64,000 nt of DNA from Chthoniobacterales bacterium (GTDB lineage Bacteria > Verrucomicrobiota > Verrucomicrobiia > Chthoniobacterales > JAFAMB01). The position numbers and the translations under genes are program-made. Location of the stretch: positions 291 to 64,290 of the forward strand of contig DASWVC010000033.1 of NCBI GenBank assembly GCA_036401335.1, in the 5' to 3' direction. This document shows positions 49,965 through 57,904 of the stretch, piece after piece. The notes beneath the pieces are model-generated. The model was not told the DNA's origin, did not search any database, and worked only from the letters and a program-made list of their open reading frames with translations. Positions within the stretch are counted from its first letter, which is position 1. The number at the start of each line of letters is the position of its first letter.

Positions 49965-50066
49965 TTTCGGCAGGGGGGTGGCAGCGAATTCCTCGAGCCA
50001 GAAGCCGGTCTTGCGGCGCGTGTTACCGAGTTGATCGTGTGATGTTAACACCATCAGTATTTTCAT
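49965..50066 (-). pseudogene. N-terminal fragment of a DJ-1/PfpI family protein
   Basis: 'MKILMVLTSHDQLGNTRRKTGFWLEEFAA' matches the family N-terminus, then the reading frame loses similarity and overlaps the end of the regulator gene. Confidence 0.6.
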
Positions 50067-50141
50067 GTTTGTTCTCCTTTGTTTTCCTTGTGCGGATCTT
50101 TTGGTGGGTTGGAGGCAGGTAGGCTCGGAGCGTAAAGGAGT

Positions 50142-50270
50142 TTACGTTGCTTGCGGCACGAACTTTCGTGCCAGTGATGCAATCTCGTCGGCTTTGGAGT
50201 CCAACGCGAAGTGGCCGGCGTCGAGGACTTTGACAGCAGGGTCAGAAGAGCCGGCGCGCGGAAGGAAAAC
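50142..50270 (-). pseudogene. C-terminal fragment of an alpha/beta-fold hydrolase
   Basis: Minus-strand reading 'VFLPRAGSSDPAVKVLDAGHFALDSKADEIASLARKFVPQAT*' matches the catalytic-His region (LDAGHFALD) of the family; no N-terminal body seen. Confidence 0.6.
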
Positions 50271-50517
50271 CTCCGCTGCCCACCTCGGCACCTAACATCA
50301 ATTCCGCAGACGAACATGACTGCAATGATGAATCTCCGACAGATCCGTCTCGAGCGACGCATCTTGTCACCATGGGAGGTCGGTGACCGCTTGGTTCCAG
50401 GCGGCGGCGATCGACTGCGATGGTCTCTATGCCGAATACAGGATCGCACCGGTGGAAGCGGTGGCTGCAATTCCCAACGAGTTATACCAGCTTGCAGGTT
50501 AAACTGGTAAAATCGGC

Positions 50518-51615
50518 GTGACCCTGGGCGATGGTTGGGTGAAGTTGGCGCCCATGGCACGGACGCGCCGCAAACTGGATGAACAAGGGGAAACGGAACT
50601 GCTCTTGGAGCGGCTGCGCCGCCAGCGGGCCGGCTGGCAACGCGAACGGCTTTTGGCCGTCAAATGGGGCTTGGAAGGCGAACTCACCCTTGAGCAGATC
50701 GCCGCGCAACTGGGCCGAGCCCGTTCGAGCATCCAGCAGTGGTTTGATGCCTTTCGCTGCAGCGGGGTGGAGGGGCTGCTGTGCTTAAAGCGGGGCAAGG
50801 GGCCGCCCAGTCGCCTCACGCCGGCCATGGCGCGGGCCCTGAGCCGAAAGCTCCAAAGCGGTGAGTGCCGCCGGGCCGTCGACGCCCACCGTTGGCTGGT
50901 GAAGACCTATGGGTTGGAAGTGCGCCTGGCGTCGGTTTACCACTATTTAAAAGGCTTAGGGGCGCGGTTGAAAGTGCCGCGCCCCTGCCACCGCCGCGGC
51001 GTTCAAAGTTACGCTGGGTCAAAAGCTCGCCGCCTTAAACTGCCAGCCCGTCGCCCGGTGCGGCTCTGGGTGGCCGATGAAAGGCGCTACGGCTTGCAGC
51101 CCGTGACCCGGCGGGTCTGGGCTTTACGAGGCCAGCGGACCGTGGTTCCCGTCCAGCCGGGCTATGAAGGGGGCTACGTCTTTGGCGCCCTCCAAGTCGG
51201 GGGCGCGGGTGCGGCGGAGTTCTTTTACTGCCCCACGGCCAACCAGGAATCCAGCCGGCTCTTTTTGCACCAAGTGGCCACATGCGACCCCGAGGCGAAC
51301 CACGTCGTGATTTGGGACGGGGCGGGGTTCCACCCCGGCGACGGGGCACCGAAGCTGCCGCCTGGGGTACGCCTGCTGGCCTTCCCGCCGTACCGCCCGG
51401 AGTTGAACCCGGTCGAAAAGCTGTGGGACCAGCTTAAAGACCGCCTCTGCAACCGACCCTTCCACAGCCTGCGGGCGCTCGAAGCCGTGATGACGGACTT
51501 CCTGCGCGAGGTGTGGCAAGACGCCCGGCGGGTCGGGAATCTGATTGGCGACGGCTGGCTGCGGGCGCAAAGCAAACGCTTCCTTCGCCGGAATTTTGCC
51601 GGTATGACGGCCTAA
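50518..51615 (+). mobile_element. IS630-family transposase
   Basis: HTH 'LTLEQIAAQLGRARSSIQQWFDAF', DDE region 'RLWVADERRYGLQP...HVVIWDGAGFHP...LAFPPYRPELNPVEKLWDQLKDRL'. Element termini not resolved. Confidence 0.88.
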
Positions 51616-51634
51616 ATGGTATTACCGGCAGAAA
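51594..51634. other. Inverted repeat at the 3' end of the transposase gene
   Basis: 'ttttgccggta ... taccggcagaaaa' arms; may be an IS end or a terminator. Confidence 0.4.
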
Positions 51635-51853
51635 AAGCCGGACTGTTCATGTGCGCAGGCGCCCGAAAGAGGCCGGCTTACGAATGGCCGGCGCACCGGA
51701 AGCCGTGCCCGCGGTTTGCCCCGATGGCGTCGAAGCCAACAATTTCTGCCTCGGTTCGACCCTCCCGTCCGCTCTGTGCTTACCCTTTTTGCTTCCCCAT
51801 CTACCCGCGGCCGGGCCGCTCACTGGCATGGGATAGACAGGGTTCGTTTCTTC

Positions 51854-52597
51854 TCAACTTTGAAGAATTTGCCGGAGGTTTTCGGGGGACGTCTGGCTCG
51901 CCCAAAGCATCACCATGCCGTTCATCTCCTGGCAGATCATCTCCCAAGGGCCCTCGCTGCCAGGTTGCGGCGGCAGTTCGGTGCCCAAGGCACTCTTAGG
52001 AATGACAAGCAAGTGAACCAACCGGCCGTCCGGCAACCGAAAGCAGGTAAGGGACATGCGGTGGCCGCGCCACTCCATCACGCGGCACCCGGCCGTGTGC
52101 ATCCGTTGCAGACTCGCCGGGATGGCCGGCGCGCTCGGGCCTTGCTGCTGCGCAATGTAAGCTTGGGTTTCGGCGAAGCTCGACGTGATCAGATCGAGCT
52201 TGGGACCGGCCGGCAACGAGACCATGGCCAAAGCATCCCGCTGAAACGCCGCGGCGAGGCCGGAGGAACGGGAAGACGGACGCAAGGGACCGATCAAGAC
52301 AACCGCGCTCACCGTCAAGACAGCCGCCATGGCCGAAAGTGGGCCAAACCAGCGGTCGCGTCGAAGCGGCACCGTTTTCAAACCAGCCATGACAAGGTTG
52401 GGCAGGTCCGCGGGCGGCTCAATCGTGCGAAGCCGCTCGATCAGGGCAGCGTCCACGCTGCGTTGCCCGTCCAGCCATTCGCCCAGTGCAGGGTCCATCT
52501 TTGCTTGCGCGAGGGCCTTTGCAAACGTTGGGTCTTGCGCATCCGCACCGTTCGGCCGGTAGGCGCTAAGGATGACTCTCGCCTCGTTGTTATCCAC
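51854..52597 (-). CDS. Putative membrane anti-sigma factor
   Basis: One central hydrophobic segment 'FGPLSAMAAVLTVSAVVLIGPL'; overlaps the end of an ECF sigma gene by 8 bp. Assignment is mostly contextual. Confidence 0.55.
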   Translation of the reverse strand: MDNNEARVILSAYRPNGADAQDPTFAKALAQAKMDPALGEWLDGQRSVDAALIERLRTIEPPADLPNLVMAGLKTVPLRRDRWFGPLSAMAAVLTVSAVVLIGPLRPSSRSSGLAAAFQRDALAMVSLPAGPKLDLITSSFAETQAYIAQQQGPSAPAIPASLQRMHTAGCRVMEWRGHRMSLTCFRLPDGRLVHLLVIPKSALGTELPPQPGSEGPWEMICQEMNGMVMLWASQTSPENLRQILQS

Positions 52598-53144
52598 GGC
52601 CGAGCCTTTCTTCCGGTGGCAGGGGGATTATTTTAGAGTCCCGCAGCCCTTGCAAACTCGAAAGCCGCGCCCGGAGCTGTTCCTTGCCACGCGACAGGCG
52701 GGACATCACCGTGCCGATCGGGATTTCCAGCGCGTCGGCAATCTCGCGGTAGGAAAGTTCGCCCAGGTAGTACATCTTGAGCGCCACTTGGTAGGTGTCG
52801 TCCAGAGCGTCCAACGCGTCCAGGATCAGGTGTGCATCAGCGCTGCGTGCAGCGGTTACGTCCAACGTCGCGGCCTCGTGTTCGCCGCTCTCAAAAGAAA
52901 CTTCGGGGTGCGCGTTTTGCCGCCGGGCCAGCCGGAGGAATTCGCGTCGCAACGTCGTGAAAAGCCATCCCTTCAGTTTCTCCAACTCTCGCAACTGATG
53001 GCCGTGCTGGGCGAGAAGCAGAAAGGTCTGCTGCGTTAAATCAGCCGCGGAGGCTTCCTGGCGGGTAAGGGACAAGGCAAAACGGTAGAGCGACTGGTAA
53101 TAAGCCGCCACCGCACCTTCGAGGTCGATCGATTTGCCTGTCAT
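52590..53144 (-). CDS. ECF-type RNA polymerase sigma factor
   Basis: 'YYQSLYRFALSLTRQEASAADLTQQTFLLLAQHGHQL', 'LKGWLFTTLRREFLRLARR', 'YLGELSYREIADALEIPIGTVMSRLSRGKEQLRARL'. Confidence 0.94.
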   Translation of the reverse strand: MTGKSIDLEGAVAAYYQSLYRFALSLTRQEASAADLTQQTFLLLAQHGHQLRELEKLKGWLFTTLRREFLRLARRQNAHPEVSFESGEHEAATLDVTAARSADAHLILDALDALDDTYQVALKMYYLGELSYREIADALEIPIGTVMSRLSRGKEQLRARLSSLQGLRDSKIIPLPPEERLGRG

Positions 53145-53223
53145 GGTGAACTGCTGGGCACCGCAGAGATTTCCGCATCCCGGGGTGAGAGGGAAGTGGC
53201 GACGAATTATTCCCCTTTCCCTT

Positions 53224-53961
53224 TCAAAGCGACTTCAGCCATTTGGAAGCCACCGGCCCCAGCATGAAGTAGCTTTGCGCCACCAACAAGCTGGTAACGT
53301 AAAAAAACATGATTTCTTCCACCGGCAGGCTTTGGCGCCACCTGAGGCCGAGAATCTGCCGGTCGTCAAAAATCCAGAGGCCGCGCCGAACAGCCGCCAA
53401 GTCGGCCAAGGTGAGCCACGTGCCGACCAAAACCGTCGCGATCGTCACGGCGAACCCGTTGGCGACGAGCAGCGGGCCGGCCAGCAGCCATTGCAGCACC
53501 AGGACGGGTCCGAACCAGTAGACGAGGTGAAAAAGGTAATGCCCCCGCCGGGGCAGGCGGCGGGTGGCCCAAAACCCCACCAACGCCCAGAGCAGAAGGA
53601 GGGTACCCAGGCCAAGGCGGACCGGCAAAGACCCAAAGCCGGGAATCCCGGGTTTCCAGAACCCGAACAGCCCGCTCAGGCCGTGGCAAACCAGCATCAC
53701 TTCCAAGCCTTGGAGCACGAAAAAACAGTACTCCTCGACGGGTAAGTGCCAGATCCGAAAGGCGTACCTGGAATCCGGGAAATCCCACATCCCGTGGGCA
53801 ACCGCATAATTGTCCCAGGGAGTGGTGAACGCGACCACGATCAGCAGGACGAGCCCAAAGGTCAGCAGCACCCACGGCCGCCACGCCCCGAATAGGGAGA
53901 TGCAACCAGCCAGGGCCAGTAAAGGAAGGTTAAAACGCAGGTGAAAGCTTCCGTAGGTCAC
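53224..53961 (-). CDS. Lycopene cyclase-domain protein (fused CrtYc/CrtYd type)
   Basis: Two repeated halves, 'TTPWDNYAVAHGMWDFPDSR...WHLPVEEYCFFVLQ' and 'GLWIFDDRQILGLRWRQSLPVEEIMFFYVTSLLVAQ'; multiple TM segments. Confidence 0.85.
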   Translation of the reverse strand: MTYGSFHLRFNLPLLALAGCISLFGAWRPWVLLTFGLVLLIVVAFTTPWDNYAVAHGMWDFPDSRYAFRIWHLPVEEYCFFVLQGLEVMLVCHGLSGLFGFWKPGIPGFGSLPVRLGLGTLLLLWALVGFWATRRLPRRGHYLFHLVYWFGPVLVLQWLLAGPLLVANGFAVTIATVLVGTWLTLADLAAVRRGLWIFDDRQILGLRWRQSLPVEEIMFFYVTSLLVAQSYFMLGPVASKWLKSL

Positions 53962-54145
53962 AGCTGGGGGTGCGGCAAACGCCGGATACAGGGTGAAGGC
54001 AGAACGGCCATGGGCAAATTCCGGTACGAGTGAAACGGCATTGTGGCTAACGGTACGCTTCCGGAGGCGTTCGCGGCGGCAAGGCCCGCCGCGGGAAGAA
54101 AAAACTTGGTTGCGCCGCGTCCCGGGCGGGCTAAGTCCAACGATC

Positions 54146-55873
54146 ATGAATCCGAAGGACGGCTACGATCCACGCCAGCACTCCGCTCCCATCGTCGACG
54201 GCCCCGAGCGGGCTTTCAGCCGCGGAATGTTGTACGCCGTAGGTTTCAAGAAAGAAGACTTTAAGAAATCGATCGTCGGGGTTGCGTCCACCTGGAGCAT
54301 GGTGACGCCGTGCAACATGCACATCGACGGCCTGGCGAGGGCGGCTGCCCGAGGGGTGGATGCGGCGGGAGGTAAATCGATCATCTTCAACACCATCACC
54401 ATCTCGGACGGCATCTCGATGGGCACCGAAGGAATGAAGTACTCGTTGGTGTCGCGCGAGATCATCGCGGATTCCATTGAAGCCGTGACCGGCTGTGAAG
54501 GATTTGACGGGGTGGTCGCGATCGGTGGTTGCGATAAGAACATGCCGGGTTGCCTGATGGCCCTGGCGCGGCTCAACCGCCCGTCGGTGTTTGTTTACGG
54601 CGGCACGATCCTGCCCGGGTGCATCAACAACAAATACGTGGATTTGGTGTCCATCTTTGAAGCGATCGGGGCGCATTCAAACGGTAAAATCTCCGATGCG
54701 GAGCTTGACGAGGTGGAAACGGTGGCCATCCCGGGCGCCGGTTCTTGCGGTGGCATGTACACCGCGAACACGATGGCCTCGGCCATCGAGGCCATGGGCA
54801 TGAGCCTGCCGAACAGTTCGGCGCAGGCGGCCGTGTCGCGTGAGAAGTTGGCGGACTGCGAGGCGGCAGGTGAGGCGGTCCTTAATCTGATAAAGCTGGG
54901 AATCCGGCCCTCCGACATCCTTACGAAAGAAGCGTTTGAAAACGCCATGACGGTGGTGATTGCGCTGGGCGGTTCGACCAACGCGGTGCTGCACCTCCTG
55001 GCCATCGCCCATGCGGCCGATGTTGAGCTTAAGCTGAACGATTGGACCCGGGTTGGCCAACGGGTGCCGGTGCTGGCTGACCTGAAGCCAAGCGGGAAAC
55101 ACGTGATGTGGGAGCTGGTGGAGATCGGCGGGATCATGCCCCTCATGAAAACCTTGCTGGACGAAGGATTGTTGCACGGGGATTGCCTTACCGTGACCGG
55201 CCGGAGCCTGAAGGAGAACCTTGCCGGCGTGAAGGCTTACGCGGAAGGCCAGTCGATCGTGCGTCCGCTCACCGATCCCATCAAGCCGGACAGCCACTTG
55301 GTCGTCCTCTACGGCAACCTGGCCCCGGACGGCGCAGTGGCCAAGATTTCCGGGAAAGAGGGGCTGCGTTTTGAAGGCCGGGCCCGGGTGTTTGAATCGG
55401 AAGAGCGCGCGTTGCGGGCCATTCTTGACGACCAGATCAAGCCCGGAGACGTCATCGTGATCCGTTACGAAGGCCCGCAGGGCGGCCCCGGGATGCGCGA
55501 GATGCTTGCACCCACGTCGGCCATCATGGGGAAAGGGTTGGGCAAAGAAGTTGCCTTGATCACTGATGGCCGGTTCTCGGGTGGCAGCCACGGGTTTGTC
55601 ATCGGCCACATCACGCCGGAGGCGTACGCCGGAGGTCCCATCGCAGTCGTCAGAGATGGCGACCCGATCCTGATTGATGGTGAGAAGCACCGCATCGATC
55701 TGGGATTGCCGGACCAAGAGATCGCGGAGCGGTTAGCCGCATGGGAAAAGCCAAGTCCCCGTTACGTGCGGGGAGCGCTAGCCAAGTACGCGCGGCAGGT
55801 GAGTTCCGCGTCGCTGGGGGCCGTGACAGACCTGGATGGCTCACCTCCCGAGACGGAAAAGCGCAAAAGTTGA
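54146..55873 (+). CDS. ilvD: Dihydroxy-acid dehydratase
   Basis: 'ASTWSMVTPCNMHIDGLA', 'GCDKNMPGCLMALARLN', 'PGAGSCGGMYTANTMASAIEAMGMSLPNS', 'TDGRFSGGSHGFVIGHITPEA'. Confidence 0.97.
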   Translation: MNPKDGYDPRQHSAPIVDGPERAFSRGMLYAVGFKKEDFKKSIVGVASTWSMVTPCNMHIDGLARAAARGVDAAGGKSIIFNTITISDGISMGTEGMKYSLVSREIIADSIEAVTGCEGFDGVVAIGGCDKNMPGCLMALARLNRPSVFVYGGTILPGCINNKYVDLVSIFEAIGAHSNGKISDAELDEVETVAIPGAGSCGGMYTANTMASAIEAMGMSLPNSSAQAAVSREKLADCEAAGEAVLNLIKLGIRPSDILTKEAFENAMTVVIALGGSTNAVLHLLAIAHAADVELKLNDWTRVGQRVPVLADLKPSGKHVMWELVEIGGIMPLMKTLLDEGLLHGDCLTVTGRSLKENLAGVKAYAEGQSIVRPLTDPIKPDSHLVVLYGNLAPDGAVAKISGKEGLRFEGRARVFESEERALRAILDDQIKPGDVIVIRYEGPQGGPGMREMLAPTSAIMGKGLGKEVALITDGRFSGGSHGFVIGHITPEAYAGGPIAVVRDGDPILIDGEKHRIDLGLPDQEIAERLAAWEKPSPRYVRGALAKYARQVSSASLGAVTDLDGSPPETEKRKS

Positions 55874-56091
55874 CCGCACTCGCGACCGGGTGGTCGCGCA
55901 CTGCGATTGGTACCTACGACGATGCCTTCATAACCAGCGGCGTCCTCTGGCTGCTCGAAAACGCGTTGGTGCTCTCGATCGCGCGCCGGCCGCGGCTCAA
56001 GGCGGCCTTTGCCGCTTTGGCAACCTTAGGCAGTTCCGAACCCCCGGGCACCCTGCCACGGCGCTGCCCTGACGTCGGGTAATTTCATCCC

Positions 56092-56310
56092 ATGAGTTCC
56101 CCGAAAACTTTTTCATCGGCGTTGACGTGGGCACCGGCAGCGCATGCGCCCGGGTGTTTGATGCGACCGGCCGCCTGCACGGCTCGGCTGGAAGTCCGAC
56201 TCGGCGGCGACGTTCGCGCCTACCACGACCGCAAGTCCCGTTTGTACCACCGGATGTACGACCGACTGCGCTACGGTCAGCTCACATGCGCGGGTAGCGC
56301 AAACCCTCAA
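56092..56310 (+). pseudogene. Remnant of an FGGY-family carbohydrate kinase (ribulokinase-like) with large internal deletion and frame change
   Basis: One frame gives 'FPENFFIGVDVGTGSACARVFDATGRLHGSA' (FGGY N-terminus); another gives 'LGGDVRAYHDRKSRLYHRMYDRLRYGQL' (FGGY C-terminus). Confidence 0.65.
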
Positions 56311-57674
56311 CCACCCTTGGCCAGGTCAACGGCGGCCGTCGCCGAAGGTCCAAGGTTGTAACCTGGACCCGGCTCCAGGATTATAAGGGCGGATTGGGTC
56401 ACACCGTCCTCCGCCAGCTCACTGACCGAAGTAATGGGGACATTGAAGGCTTGGCCCGATTGGCCCGCGGGGATTTCGATGGTTCCCGTAAAGCTCTGGT
56501 CGTCGTTGGTTTCCGAAGCGATTGCGTGGACCGAATACCTGATTCCGAGAGCCTGAGATACGTCTCCGAGACGGGTGACCAGAAATGCCGCCGTTAAGGT
56601 CGAGCCCTGAAACGACAGGCCAGCCCCGCGTTGGATGGATACCTCGGGATAGTCCGGGATAAACAGCGCGCCGTGCGGGCTCCGCATCCCGGTCACGATG
56701 GGATTCACGAAACCGGTGCTCAGATCCACCTTGCCCAGGATGCCGTCGCTATCACTCGCCGAGTAGGCGCCGCCCGGCTGAAAGGCGTTGCTATGAACGG
56801 CGTAAACGGTGTCTGCTTTGGTGTCCACAACCAGGACGGTCCCGCTCGGAGCGGTTGGGAACACCGTGTCATCCACGGTGATCTGTTTGGCGGTTCCGTT
56901 GGTCAAATGGAGCAGAAGGCTTGCTTGCTGGGGCGAACCGGGGGCATTGATGAAGATGAGGTCCCCATCGGCCTGACTGTCGAGCACGAGGTCCCCGGCA
57001 GCGTCGACTTTCAACGAATCCGGGTCTGATTGTTGCGAGCGGTCGGTTTTGCCCGTTACCACGTTGCTGAGCGGATCGTTGCCTTTAAGCACGGGGCTCA
57101 CGGTGATCTGGTGCCCGGATAGACGCGCTTCGACCACCGAAGGGTGCACGTTCTGGCCATTCGGCGTCGTGGGGGTAGACGGCAGGACGGTCGGATTGGA
57201 GGCGCTGATAAAGGTGTGGCCTTGCAGAAAGACGACGTCGTCGTATCCACCGCCGTGGGAAGGCGGTTGCGCGTACGTGTAGTGCTCCCGGGCGCCGGTC
57301 TGAGGATCGATGATGGTCAGGGCAGGATTGGCATCCTCGTTCCGCAAGGCCCAGAGTCGACGGGTAAAGGGGTTGTATTTAAGGCCATCGTTCTTGCCGG
57401 ACACGACAAAAGTTCGAACGATCCGACCGGTCGGATCGTACTGGACGATGGTGCTGGGGCCACCTGAGCCATCCGGTTGCGAAGTGTTCGCGTACGTAAC
57501 GAAGATGCTCCCGCCCCCTTCGGTGATGGAGTCGGGGTTGGTGAGTCCGGCGGGAGCCGCGGCGAACACCGTTACCGTGTAGGGTGCCTTGGCGGTTGGC
57601 TGAGCGCCGGCGGTTAGGGCCGTCACGGGCGCCAACAGGGCTGCAGCCAGCCGGAGGATCGAATGGGTGGGCAT
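56307..57674 (-). CDS. Secreted beta-propeller-like protein with C-terminal Calx-beta-like segment, function unknown
   Basis: Signal-like N-terminus; repeated 'STIVQYDPTGRIVRTFVVSGKNDGLKYNPFTRRLWALRNEDANPALTIIDPQTG'; C-terminal 'ETNDDQSFTGTIEIPAGQSGQAFNVPI'. Confidence 0.6.
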   Translation of the reverse strand: MPTHSILRLAAALLAPVTALTAGAQPTAKAPYTVTVFAAAPAGLTNPDSITEGGGSIFVTYANTSQPDGSGGPSTIVQYDPTGRIVRTFVVSGKNDGLKYNPFTRRLWALRNEDANPALTIIDPQTGAREHYTYAQPPSHGGGYDDVVFLQGHTFISASNPTVLPSTPTTPNGQNVHPSVVEARLSGHQITVSPVLKGNDPLSNVVTGKTDRSQQSDPDSLKVDAAGDLVLDSQADGDLIFINAPGSPQQASLLLHLTNGTAKQITVDDTVFPTAPSGTVLVVDTKADTVYAVHSNAFQPGGAYSASDSDGILGKVDLSTGFVNPIVTGMRSPHGALFIPDYPEVSIQRGAGLSFQGSTLTAAFLVTRLGDVSQALGIRYSVHAIASETNDDQSFTGTIEIPAGQSGQAFNVPITSVSELAEDGVTQSALIILEPGPGYNLGPSATAAVDLAKGG

Positions 57675-57904
57675 CAAAAAACGGCTCTCTCGAGTTTTCA
57701 TAAGGGCAATTTGCGCGGTCCCTGCGGTGGTAGAAATCCGGTCGGCAAGGCGCCGTGTTTGTCCGTTGTGAGAACAAAGGTCCTCGGCACTGCGCGTCCT
57801 GGCGACTGGAGGGTACGGCGGGGACCCTAAATCGCCGTGAGCATTCTAGACAGCTCGAACCGGTAACGTTTTTGTAACCTCATGGTGCCGCCTTGCCCGG
57901 GAAC

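Noticed and set aside
50281-50517. Weak ORFs upstream of the IS630 transposase considered as a regulator remnant
   Set aside because: No readable family signature in any frame.
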